This document shows, piece by piece, positions 1 through 8,127 of a stretch of 45,695 bases of DNA (position 1 is the first letter of the stretch; every line of letters starts with the position of its first letter). The notes under the pieces are model-generated. The model was given only the letters and a program-made list of their open reading frames with translations, did no database searches and was not told the DNA's origin. The translations under genes were made by a program, and so were the position numbers. The stretch spans positions 1-45,695 of IMG/VR virus record IMGVR_UViG_3300037515_000119; one strand, written 5' to 3'. This DNA is from a virus (Duplodnaviria; Caudoviricetes).

Positions 1-581
1 GTGTCGGTGACATGCTCCCGGCCCCGTGACCCGGGGAACAGGTACGGCCCGTCGCGACGATAGGTGCGGAGCTGCGCGGTGATCTTCGGATGCACCGGCA
101 TCGGCCACGTCTCGTCGCCTTTGCCGAACACCTGATACCAGCTCCCGTCGAACCGGTCCCAACGCATCGTGGCGATCTCATGGACCCTCAACGCCATGTG
201 GAGGGCGACGGTCACGACCAGTCCTTCAGGGTTCCAATGCCGGGCCGTCTTGGACAGCAGCCGAGCCTCATCTTTGGAGAGGGCACGGTTCCGGTAGTGC
301 GGTTTCTTCGGAACCTGTAACGCCCCGAGCGGGGAGTCATGTCGTTCGATCATCTGGTAGTACCAGCGCAACGCCGACCGTAACTGTCTGCGCCTCGTGT
401 GAGTTTTGGGGAACGACTCGCCGAGAGCGCGCAGTTGGAGTGCTGTGGCACGCTCAAGATCGACGCCTTGCCCCGCACACCACTCCAACGCTTGCCGGAG
501 TCTCAGGTCATAAGCCCTGATCGTGTTGTCCGCCAATCCAGACGCGACGAGGTGGTCGCGGAATCTGGACAAGGTGGTCAT
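1..581 (-). CDS. int: Tyrosine integrase/recombinase, 3' end outside window
   Basis: Manual translation MTTLSRFRDHLVASGLADNTIRAY...MALRVHEIATMRW...VFGKGD...YLFPG: core-binding domain, catalytic R box and GKG; open to the window edge. Confidence 0.9.
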   Translation of the reverse strand, partial: MTTLSRFRDHLVASGLADNTIRAYDLRLRQALEWCAGQGVDLERATALQLRALGESFPKTHTRRRQLRSALRWYYQMIERHDSPLGALQVPKKPHYRNRALSKDEARLLSKTARHWNPEGLVVTVALHMALRVHEIATMRWDRFDGSWYQVFGKGDETWPMPVHPKITAQLRTYRRDGPYLFPGSRGREHVTD

Positions 582-620
582 GGTGACATCGCACGCATGA
601 CCGTCGATAGGCCGTCCGGC

Positions 621-1091
621 CTATACGGCTTCGGCGTATCCTCGGGTCAGGTCGAGGACGAGTTCGATCTGTCCGGTGATCGGGTCGTGGTAGTTCCATT
701 CGTCCACGACGTGGAAGTTGCGGTCGATGGCACAGCCGATGCAGTCGCCTACGGCGTGGTCGATGCGCGAACGGTTGATAGCCTCAGGATTGAGATACCC
801 CGGAATAGCTTGATCGAGGCCGCGAAGATCGTGGCGGACCATTCGCCGGTTGACGGGAGGACCATACCAGTAGAACTCGATGTCGAATTCCTGGATCTCC
901 GCGAAGGTGCGCAGCTCAACCGGATCGACTTTGCGCCGTCCGTTCTCGATGGCCGTGATCCTGTCAGCATTCCAGCCGTCTTCGCCGGTGGCGTCCGCCA
1001 TCAGTTCGGCCATCTGTGCCTGTGTCCAACCCCTGAGCATCCGCCCAGCCTGTAGCGCCTTGTGGACCTTGTGCTCATACGTGAGTGTCAC
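621..1091 (-). CDS. XRE-family HTH immunity repressor
   Basis: RMLRGWTQAQMAE...ITAIENGRRKV HTH; GTG at 1091 follows GAAAGG; divergent from Cro. Confidence 0.85.
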   Translation of the reverse strand: MTLTYEHKVHKALQAGRMLRGWTQAQMAELMADATGEDGWNADRITAIENGRRKVDPVELRTFAEIQEFDIEFYWYGPPVNRRMVRHDLRGLDQAIPGYLNPEAINRSRIDHAVGDCIGCAIDRNFHVVDEWNYHDPITGQIELVLDLTRGYAEAV

Positions 1092-1122
1092 GTTCGTGCC
1101 TTTCTCGAACCTTTCATGTGCC

Positions 1123-1151
1123 ACCGTACAGCATCCGTCAAGATTCTGCAA
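1123..1151 (-). promoter_or_regulatory. Leftward promoter for repressor/integrase
   Basis: TTGCAG-17bp-TACGGT on minus strand. Confidence 0.65.
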
Positions 1152-1184
1152 GGGGTGGGGCGTGAATTCAGATCATGACGGTCC

Positions 1185-1213
1185 TTGACAGATATCTGAA
1201 CATCCGTTACGGT
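1185..1213 (+). promoter_or_regulatory. Rightward early promoter, probably leaderless cro mRNA
   Basis: TTGACA-17bp-TACGGT, ATG 8 nt downstream, no SD; palindrome CAGATATCTG at 1189-1198. Confidence 0.75.
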
Positions 1214-1221
1214 CTCTGCTC

Positions 1222-1437
1222 ATGGCACCCAGTCTCAAAGACGCACTGGACAGATACCTCCAAGCGCACACAGGCATCGACCTCGCCGCCTTCGTCCTAG
1301 ACCGTAGGGATCAGACCCCCCCGAAATCGTGGCAGTCCATCGCCGTCGAGATCGCACGGGTGACGGACGGGATCTTCGAGATCTCCCATGAGACGCTCAG
1401 AACGTGGGCCGCCGAGTGGGAGAGGGCCGCAGCATGA
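1222..1437 (+). CDS. Cro-like HTH protein
   Basis: 71 aa, SWQSIAVEI...ISHETLRTW; first gene divergent from repressor. Confidence 0.7.
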   Translation: MAPSLKDALDRYLQAHTGIDLAAFVLDRRDQTPPKSWQSIAVEIARVTDGIFEISHETLRTWAAEWERAAA

Positions 1438-1808
1438 AGGACCGTCTAGCCACTATCAAGGCCCTGCGTGCGCTGGCCGACTACCTGGAAGAGCGACCCG
1501 CAGTGCCGACCCCGAATGTCGGTACGATCTACGCCTTCCCTGACCCCGCCGAGCATCCGATCGCGGAAGTGGCCCGAGCGATGGGCGGCTTTGTCAAGGA
1601 CCACGACGGAACCTACCTGAACCTGGTGAGAGACTTCGGCGAGCTGCGCCTGGAGGTGGCCTACCGGTCCGAGCAGGTGTGTGAGCGTGTGGTCGTCGGC
1701 ACTGAGGACGTCCCCGAGAAGACTGTCCCGGCGCACACGAAAGAGATCGTGGAGTGGAAATGCCCCGAGTCGCTCCTGGCGCTGGCCGTTGACGAGGTGT
1801 CGGCGTGA
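1434..1808 (+). CDS. Hypothetical phage protein
   Basis: ATGA overlap with cro; GTGA overlap with next gene. Confidence 0.7.
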   Translation: MKDRLATIKALRALADYLEERPAVPTPNVGTIYAFPDPAEHPIAEVARAMGGFVKDHDGTYLNLVRDFGELRLEVAYRSEQVCERVVVGTEDVPEKTVPAHTKEIVEWKCPESLLALAVDEVSA

Positions 1809-2389
1809 GCGTCGACGCGCCCACCCGCGAAGCGTGGATGTTGAGCGCCTTAGACGATCTCAGAGAGATATTCGGCGCCGCTGATCTGAAGGTGCCCGAG
1901 GTCCGGGTGTCGGTTGGCTGGCCGTCGCGGCGGGCAATGTCTTTAGTCCAGCGGACTATTGGCCAATGCTGGCACGGCCAGGCCGCAGCCGATGGCGTGA
2001 CACAGATTTTCGTTTCCCCCGTCCTCGCCGATCCGGTCGAAGTCCTCGACACCCTCACGCATGAACTCTTGCACGCTGCCCTCCCCAAGGAGACGGGGCA
2101 TAAGGGAGCGTTTAAACGGTCTATGGCTCTTGTGGGTCTGACGGGTAAACCGACCGAAGCATCAGCTGGACCGGAGTTGACCGAAACGCTCAAGGGCATC
2201 GCCAAGAAACTCGGGCCGTTCGACCACTCGAAGCTCACTGCTGGCGGGTTTCCGAAGCAGACCACTCGGCTCGTCAAGGCCGAGTGCGACCTGTGTGGAT
2301 ACAACGTTCGGGTCACTCGGAAATGGCTCGACGAGGCCGGCGCTCCGATCTGCCCGTCGGACCAGACCCAAATGACGGAGGCATCGTGA
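1805..2389 (+). CDS. SprT-like zinc metalloprotease-domain protein
   Basis: HELLH...GHKGAFK motif and C-terminal CxxC/CP. Confidence 0.8.
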   Translation: MSVDAPTREAWMLSALDDLREIFGAADLKVPEVRVSVGWPSRRAMSLVQRTIGQCWHGQAAADGVTQIFVSPVLADPVEVLDTLTHELLHAALPKETGHKGAFKRSMALVGLTGKPTEASAGPELTETLKGIAKKLGPFDHSKLTAGGFPKQTTRLVKAECDLCGYNVRVTRKWLDEAGAPICPSDQTQMTEAS

Positions 2390-2429
2390 CAGTCTACTGG
2401 TGTGTCCCGCCGGTGGCCGGGGGGGAGTC

Positions 2430-2699
2430 GTGACCTGCATCTTCTGCCGCGCGTGGGGTCAGGAAGATCCGAACTGCGGCCACTACCTCGAATCAGGAAC
2501 GCTAACCCCGGCCGGATATGCGACCAGGGCATGGCGGGACGCCCACCTTCTCGGCGACAGGGCGAAACGGTACGCCGACGCTGAAAACGGCCGCGCCGAA
2601 TGGACGAAGCTCGATCACATCGTCCGGATGGCGAACCTGGCGCTCTCAGGCGGGACGGAGGGCGGCGAGCTGGCCTTCCCATCTTGGAGGGGCGCATGA
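2430..2699 (+). CDS. Hypothetical protein
   Basis: GTG after GGGAG; ATGA overlap with next gene. Confidence 0.55.
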   Translation: MTCIFCRAWGQEDPNCGHYLESGTLTPAGYATRAWRDAHLLGDRAKRYADAENGRAEWTKLDHIVRMANLALSGGTEGGELAFPSWRGA

Positions 2700-3118
2700 G
2701 CATTGACCCTCGCATTCTGGAAGCACGCAAGAACCCTCGCCGCACAGAGAAGCGGTGCTCTGTCTGTCACCAAACCAAACCCCTATACAGCTTCCACTTG
2801 GGCGGCTCGACGATCGACGGGCGGTCGGCTAGCTGCAAGGAGTGCGCAAACGCTAGGACCAGGGCATGGATCTCGTCCGAGACCCCCCGTCTCAAACTGA
2901 CTGTTAGCGCCAAGACGTGCCCCGCGTGTTGCGTGGAACGGAGTGCGTCGCAATACCACAAGTGCCGAAGTAGACCCGACGGACTCCAGACATATTGCAA
3001 GGAGTGTCAGGCTCGCTGTAGTGCCGGAGGGTCGGTAGCGGGCATTCGTCGTAGCTTGGGCCTGCCGACCACCCACAAGCGACGGGTCGCTTCGTTGCGC
3101 CGGGAGGCCGGGGCATGA
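2696..3118 (+). CDS. Tandem Cys4 zinc-finger protein
   Basis: Two KxCxxC...DG...CKEC units, a module often found N-terminal to phage endonuclease VII/HNH; no nuclease domain follows. Confidence 0.7.
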   Translation: MSIDPRILEARKNPRRTEKRCSVCHQTKPLYSFHLGGSTIDGRSASCKECANARTRAWISSETPRLKLTVSAKTCPACCVERSASQYHKCRSRPDGLQTYCKECQARCSAGGSVAGIRRSLGLPTTHKRRVASLRREAGA

Positions 3119-4098
3119 TCTGGCTGATCCTGGGCTGGCTGGCGTCTGGCGTGGCAGGGTGGATGCTGACGTTCGGTCACTTCCAGTACAAGTACGGCGA
3201 CGTTTCGTCGACGGCCACCCATGCGACGTTCGCCTCGTTCGTAGCGCTGCTCGGGCCAATGGGGCTCGTCGTGTCTGCTGCGCTTGGTCACCGCTATGCG
3301 TGGCGGTATTGGCGGAACGGTCGGAAGTCTCAAGCCGAGCTCCAACGAGCAGCGCTACTTCGGGCGGGAGCATCGGTCGGCCAATCGACCACATCAATCA
3401 TCGCTTCTACCGCCGCACTCAATAGTGCTTTCGTGAACGCAGCGAACTCCGTGGCGGCCTTCGCCGAATCCTGGAAGCCCGAACCCGTCGAGGAAGTCAC
3501 CGTTCCTGAGGCGGTGATCGGCTGGCGCTGGTGGTCCCTCGACCCTCTCTCGATGATGCTGCGCGGCCATGTGGCTGTCTGGTCGTCGGGGACGGTGGGG
3601 GCGGTCCACATTGACAGCCTGGGCAATGTCGGAGGACACCTCTCTCCCCAGGCGAGCTGTCTGTGCGGTGTCAACGCTCTCAAACCGGAAGCGGTCGCCG
3701 AATACCTGTCTGAACCGTACGCCGGCGACTTCGTGGACGTGTTCGGCCGTGTCGCCCTCACCGGAATCGTCGACGAATACGAGAAGGGATACCGCGGTGA
3801 GAAAGCCGTGATCCTAGAACTCGTCATCCTATCCGAAGCCCCCCTGTTCACCGTCGCCGGCGAAGCCTTGCTGTCCGAGATGGAAGGAAGGTATGGGGTT
3901 CGTCCGACAGTCCAGTCGCGAAAGTCGTGGCTGGCAGAGATGGAGGTTATCCATGGATATGGGAAAGAGAATCAAGCGGATTCATTCAGAGCCGGTGAAA
4001 GCACCGCAGGAGCCAGTCAAGGAGCCGGTCAAGACGGGCTGATTCACACTGACAACCTTGAGGATTGTCCGGCGTGCGAAGCGAGGTACGGCCGATGA
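3115..4098 (+). CDS. Membrane-anchored hypothetical protein
   Basis: Two N-terminal hydrophobic segments, then a GWRWW...CLCGVNA...GYRGEKA domain. Confidence 0.7.
   Translation: MIWLILGWLASGVAGWMLTFGHFQYKYGDVSSTATHATFASFVALLGPMGLVVSAALGHRYAWRYWRNGRKSQAELQRAALLRAGASVGQSTTSIIASTAALNSAFVNAANSVAAFAESWKPEPVEEVTVPEAVIGWRWWSLDPLSMMLRGHVAVWSSGTVGAVHIDSLGNVGGHLSPQASCLCGVNALKPEAVAEYLSEPYAGDFVDVFGRVALTGIVDEYEKGYRGEKAVILELVILSEAPLFTVAGEALLSEMEGRYGVRPTVQSRKSWLAEMEVIHGYGKENQADSFRAGESTAGASQGAGQDGLIHTDNLEDCPACEARYGR
3953..4042 (+). CDS. Overlapping 29-aa peptide MDMGKRIKRIHSEPVKAPQEPVKEPVKTG
   Basis: GGAGG 6 nt upstream of ATG; three EPVK repeats; alternative frame inside 3115..4098. Confidence 0.5.
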   Translation: MDMGKRIKRIHSEPVKAPQEPVKEPVKTG

Positions 4099-4268
4099 GC
4101 GCCGCCGTACGTCATCATTTGGAGCAGGCGTGGCTCGCATCCCTCGACGTCGACCCCGACACCTGGCATTCCGATCCGTTCGCCCAGATCGTCTTTGAGA
4201 TCGGCCAGAAGTTCGACGAGGTAGAACCGGACCGGCTGAACCTCCTCGTTGAGGGACGGCTCGCATGA
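4095..4268 (+). CDS. Hypothetical protein
   Basis: ATGA overlaps on both sides. Confidence 0.6.
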   Translation: MSAAVRHHLEQAWLASLDVDPDTWHSDPFAQIVFEIGQKFDEVEPDRLNLLVEGRLA

Positions 4269-4417
4269 TCCGCACCGTCTGGGAGCAGACCGACATCCCC
4301 GGCGTCTGGGTGAACGGTGGCGTCGTCTTCGACTTCCCCTCAGCCGACTGGCGGATCGTCATCCTCGTGTTCGCTGTCGTCGCACTCGTCACGTTCGGAA
4401 GGCTGGTGTTCACATGA
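4265..4417 (+). CDS. Small membrane protein
   Basis: Manual translation ending WRIVILVFAVVALVTFGRLVFT; ATGA-coupled. Confidence 0.6.
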   Translation: MIRTVWEQTDIPGVWVNGGVVFDFPSADWRIVILVFAVVALVTFGRLVFT

Positions 4418-4509
4418 TCTGGCTTGCAGTCTTCGCCGTGTTCGGAGCCGGTGTCTGCTTCGGATTCTTCATCGCCGCCCTAATGGTCGCCGCCAGGAAC
4501 GACCGATGA
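4414..4509 (+). CDS. Small membrane protein
   Basis: MIWLAVFAVFGAGVCFGFFIAALMVAARNDR; ATGA-coupled. Confidence 0.6.
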   Translation: MIWLAVFAVFGAGVCFGFFIAALMVAARNDR

Positions 4510-4775
4510 CGTTCCAAAGGCCCCCCTGCATCGGATGCGGACATTCGGGTACCCGTCACATCGACGGGGTCGGTCTGTGTCTGGTCAAGTCGTGTCGACT
4601 GTGCCTGGTCTACCGCCGCCCCACCTACGGGCAGACGGTCGCCACGCACCGCGGGTATCGGATCGTGTACGTGGCGGATGATCACTACCGGACCGAGCCA
4701 AACCTCGGGTCTGCCGCCTCCGTGACGCAGGCGCGCCGCGGGATCGACCACCGGCTGACAAAGGACGACCGATGA
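4506..4775 (+). CDS. Cys/His-rich hypothetical protein
   Basis: CxxCGH...H...C...CxxC; ATGA-coupled. Confidence 0.6.
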   Translation: MTFQRPPCIGCGHSGTRHIDGVGLCLVKSCRLCLVYRRPTYGQTVATHRGYRIVYVADDHYRTEPNLGSAASVTQARRGIDHRLTKDDR

Positions 4776-5035
4776 CGTTCCTCTTCTGGTTCGCCGTCAC
4801 CTTCGGAACCGTCTACGGCATGTGGAATCAGTTCGCATGGTTCCGACGGATCGTGTGGCGGTTCGTGGACTGGTGGATGGTCGAACCCGACGACATCGAC
4901 CGGCTGCTCGATCGACAGCCTTCCCGGACAGCCATTCGGGGAGACGCCGGGGCGGGTACGGGAACCTCCCCCCGGCTTGCCACCCGCCCCGGCCCTATTC
5001 GTGGACCACTCAGTAACGGAAGGCGCAACAGATGA
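4772..5035 (+). CDS. Hypothetical protein, hydrophobic N-terminus
   Basis: AAGGA SD, ATGA-coupled. Confidence 0.55.
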   Translation: MTFLFWFAVTFGTVYGMWNQFAWFRRIVWRFVDWWMVEPDDIDRLLDRQPSRTAIRGDAGAGTGTSPRLATRPGPIRGPLSNGRRNR

Positions 5036-5145
5036 CCTGTGATATTTGCCGGATGTCGGCGGAGACAACCGCCCGCATCTACCGACGTTCCCGGTACGCC
5101 GTCGACTGTCACGGCATCCGATTCTTCGCACGGTGGACCCGATGA
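5032..5145 (+). CDS. Small hypothetical protein
   Basis: MTCDICRMS...; ATGA overlaps on both sides. Confidence 0.45.
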   Translation: MTCDICRMSAETTARIYRRSRYAVDCHGIRFFARWTR

Positions 5146-5372
5146 TCGACAAATACCGAATGATCGCGCCCCTGGCGTATGGCGGTAAGCAGGGCTGCGA
5201 GAGCATGACGTGTCGCCGCATGTTCGGTCCCGATGGGTCAATGTCCCCCGACTGCATCGGCTGGCACTGCTCCTACTGCGACGAACCGACCGGGCCTCAG
5301 GGACACCACTGCGATGTGGGCGACACGCTGATCGCCGCATCCACACGGCTGCTGAGCGAGGAAACCCGATGA
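5142..5372 (+). CDS. Cys-rich hypothetical protein
   Basis: ATGA-coupled; several Cys/His motifs. Confidence 0.55.
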   Translation: MIDKYRMIAPLAYGGKQGCESMTCRRMFGPDGSMSPDCIGWHCSYCDEPTGPQGHHCDVGDTLIAASTRLLSEETR

Positions 5373-5548
5373 TCGTCGAAGACCCCGACGGGACCTTCCA
5401 CTACTCCCCCCAAGGGCTCCTCCAAACCTGCCGATGCGGACTCCCCATCGAAGAAGGATGGTCCACTGTCTGTGCGACCAGTGTCCGCGTCGTCATGGAC
5501 CGGGCGTGTGACGGATGCTTCCGATCCCGACTCGGAGTCGCCGCATGA
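5369..5548 (+). CDS. Cys-rich hypothetical protein
   Basis: GAGG SD; CxCG and CxxC. Confidence 0.55.
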   Translation: MIVEDPDGTFHYSPQGLLQTCRCGLPIEEGWSTVCATSVRVVMDRACDGCFRSRLGVAA

Positions 5549-5784
5549 GCACTCCCACCGAACGGCACAACCACAAAGTGCTGACCTTCATCGTCTTCAT
5601 CCTCGTGTCGGCCGTGCTGGCGTTTGTCCAGGCGTGGCCGGTGATGCTGGGGGCAGTAATCCTGCACGGATATTGGGATGTCATCCCACCCATCACCTAC
5701 TTGGAATCTGTGGCCCTCACATGGGCGTGGGGCGTCATCTGGACAACGATGGGGCGAACCATCAAAGTCAAGGACGCCGCATGA
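5545..5784 (+). CDS. Membrane protein
   Basis: Two hydrophobic segments; ATGA-coupled. Confidence 0.65.
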   Translation: MSTPTERHNHKVLTFIVFILVSAVLAFVQAWPVMLGAVILHGYWDVIPPITYLESVALTWAWGVIWTTMGRTIKVKDAA

Positions 5785-5891
5785 ACGACTTCGAGGCTCG
5801 CCACATCCAAGGACAACTCGACGTGCTGCGCGACCAGGTGCGAGACCTCGCCGTGTACGTCCCTCAACCTCAACTAGAGGGTCAGCAGTGA
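5781..5891 (+). CDS. Small hypothetical protein
   Basis: MNDFEARHIQG...; coupled on both sides. Confidence 0.5.
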   Translation: MNDFEARHIQGQLDVLRDQVRDLAVYVPQPQLEGQQ

Positions 5892-6277
5892 GCAGACCGA
5901 AAGCCCAAGGCACCCAGTGGGAATCAGAGCTGGTCCGACGCATCCAAGACGCCGGACTCGTCGCCGGACGCCACGCCGAAGGCGGCTCCAGTGACGTGGC
6001 AGACGTGTGGATCGGCTCCCCCGTCCCCGAGGTGGGCGACATCACCGTGGTCGCGTGGAAACGGCTCACCGGAGACGGGACACGACGCACCCCAGACGGG
6101 GAACGAGACGTAGTGGTGATGCGTACCGACGACTTCCTGAGAATGTACGACCGCGGTCTGGGCTCCCCCGTCGTCCACGTCGAATGCAAAGCCACACAGG
6201 CACTCAACGTCACACGTGTCCTGTTTAGGGCGCGGGGGAAGGTCGCCAAGGCGATCAGACGCAGGGAGACAGCGTGA
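5888..6277 (+). CDS. Holliday junction resolvase (Hjc-like PD-(D/E)XK)
   Basis: SRPKAQGTQWESELV...DVADV...VECK. Confidence 0.7.
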   Translation: MSRPKAQGTQWESELVRRIQDAGLVAGRHAEGGSSDVADVWIGSPVPEVGDITVVAWKRLTGDGTRRTPDGERDVVVMRTDDFLRMYDRGLGSPVVHVECKATQALNVTRVLFRARGKVAKAIRRRETA

Positions 6278-7581
6278 GCCACGCCCGATATCTGGTTGGT
6301 GACGTGTTTGAGCGTATGGCCGAACTGCCCGACGGCTCGGTCGATCTGATCTTGACCTCGCCGCCGTTTCTCGCACTCCGCTCGTACCTGCCCGCCGATC
6401 ATCCGGACAAGGCGAAGGAGATCGGTTCCGAACCCACCCCGGCCGAGTTCGTCGATACGCTGCTGCGGCTCACCGCCGAGTGGCGCAGGTTGTTGGCCCC
6501 GCACGGGTCGTTGTGTGTGGAGCTGGGTGACACGTATTCGGGGTCCGGTGGTGGCGGTGGCGATTACTACGAGGGCGGATTGCGGGAAGGCCAACCGGGG
6601 TTCACCGGCTCGGCGGCGGCGGACCGCGAGGCGATCAAGTCGGCGAACGCAGCCCATTGGCGGCAGAAGAACCCGCAGCGCAACCAAGGCACCGTGAATC
6701 TCCGACATGGGGTCACCGTCGAGGGGGGAAGGCTGCAAGATGGCCCCGGTTGGCCACTCGCCAAGTCCCTCTCCCTCACCCCCGAAGCCTACCGGTTCGC
6801 TCTCGCCTACGGCATCAACCCGCACACCGGACAACCATCATCGGCCGGACGTTGGCGGGTACGAAACGTCATCCGGTGGGTGCGTCCGAACCCTCCGGTG
6901 GGGGCGTTGGGTGACAAGTTCCGGCCGGCCACGTCGGAGATGGTCGTCGCCTGCGTGTCGGGGTCCCGGTATTTCGACCTCGACTCAGTAAGGGAACCGC
7001 ACGCCCAACCGCAACACGTCAAGACAAACGGCCCCAAGTCGCGCAACGCAGCCGAGCAAGACGGCCTAGGGCGAGGGTTCCTAGAGCGGACCACGAACCC
7101 TGCCGGCGCTCCCCCACTCGACTGGTGGAAACTCTCCCCCGGCGGCTACCCCGGCAGCCACTACGCCGTCTGGCCCCCCGAACTATGTGTCAAACCGATC
7201 AAAGCCATGTCCCCGGAACGGGTGTGTGTCGAATGCGGGGAACCGAGTCGGCGGATTACTGAAACGTCGTATGTCCGATCCAATGGCGGCACCACCGGTA
7301 AGCGCCGGGATCTCAGAGAGCCAGACGGTCGGACAACGGGAGCCTCTATCCAAGGCAAACCAACGATGAACCGGGTGGACTCGACGGTTGGCTTCACCGA
7401 CTGTGGCCACAACGCCTGGCGCGCGGGCCTAGTCCTCGACCCCTTCGCGGGCAGCGGGACAACTCTCAGTGTGGCCACCGGGCACGGCCGCGACGCCATC
7501 GGCATCGACCTCGACGAACGGAACGCTGACTTGGCGCGGGAACGCATCGGCGAACTTTTTCTGACCGTGGAGGCAGCGTGA
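6274..7581 (+). CDS. DNA amino-methyltransferase (N4-C/N6-A, beta class), orphan
   Basis: Catalytic TSPPF near the N-terminus, SAM-binding DPFAGSGT near the C-terminus. Confidence 0.9.
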   Translation: MSHARYLVGDVFERMAELPDGSVDLILTSPPFLALRSYLPADHPDKAKEIGSEPTPAEFVDTLLRLTAEWRRLLAPHGSLCVELGDTYSGSGGGGGDYYEGGLREGQPGFTGSAAADREAIKSANAAHWRQKNPQRNQGTVNLRHGVTVEGGRLQDGPGWPLAKSLSLTPEAYRFALAYGINPHTGQPSSAGRWRVRNVIRWVRPNPPVGALGDKFRPATSEMVVACVSGSRYFDLDSVREPHAQPQHVKTNGPKSRNAAEQDGLGRGFLERTTNPAGAPPLDWWKLSPGGYPGSHYAVWPPELCVKPIKAMSPERVCVECGEPSRRITETSYVRSNGGTTGKRRDLREPDGRTTGASIQGKPTMNRVDSTVGFTDCGHNAWRAGLVLDPFAGSGTTLSVATGHGRDAIGIDLDERNADLARERIGELFLTVEAA

Positions 7582-7684
7582 CCTGCCGTAACTGTGGACA
7601 CCCCATCGCCTCCCACCCCGCCCGGTTCCTCTGCCATGAGGACGACTGCCGATGCCCCGGATGGATCGAAAAAGCAGCAGGCAC

Positions 7685-7861
7685 ATGACTCTAGAACCAA
7701 TCGTCTACTGGATAGGAAACACACCGTTGCTGCATGGTGAACGAGCCGAAAAAGACCCGCAACACCCGGAGGCGTGTCTATGTGGACACCCGGACTATCT
7801 GATGTGTCCCGAATCCATGTTCGGAATCCAGTCATGGACAATCTACCCGGCAGAGGGTTAA
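7685..7861 (+). CDS. Hypothetical protein
   Basis: Short ORF with CLCGH...CP. Confidence 0.45.
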   Translation: MTLEPIVYWIGNTPLLHGERAEKDPQHPEACLCGHPDYLMCPESMFGIQSWTIYPAEG

Positions 7862-7866
7862 AGCAC

Positions 7867-8127
7867 ATGATCCCCGATCTCATCCCCGACTGGCATCAGC
7901 ATGCCGCCTGTATCGGTCTCGGCCACCTGTTCTTCCCCGACACCCGGGGACGGCCAGCCAGCCGGGAATATGAACGGGCCAAACAGATCTGCTGGACCCA
8001 ATGCCGGGTACGGGAACTCTGTCTGGATCAGGCGCTCGCCTACTCCGGATACATGGACAAGCACGGCGTATGGGGTGGGCACACACCGAAGGAACGAGAC
8101 CGGCTACGAAGGGAACGGGCGGCATGA
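7867..8127 (+). CDS. whiB: WhiB-family transcription factor
   Basis: AAC...LFFP...AKQICWTQCRVRELC...GVWGG. Confidence 0.92.
   Translation: MIPDLIPDWHQHAACIGLGHLFFPDTRGRPASREYERAKQICWTQCRVRELCLDQALAYSGYMDKHGVWGGHTPKERDRLRRERAA

Noticed and set aside
399-1055. 218-aa plus-strand ORF
   Set aside because: Antisense to the integrase and repressor, which carry clear motifs
5401-6834. Long minus-strand ORFs (also 1594..2745, 11682..12785, 35690..36850, 41615..42760)
   Set aside because: Shadow frames of recognisable plus-strand genes in high-GC DNA; no motifs or SD
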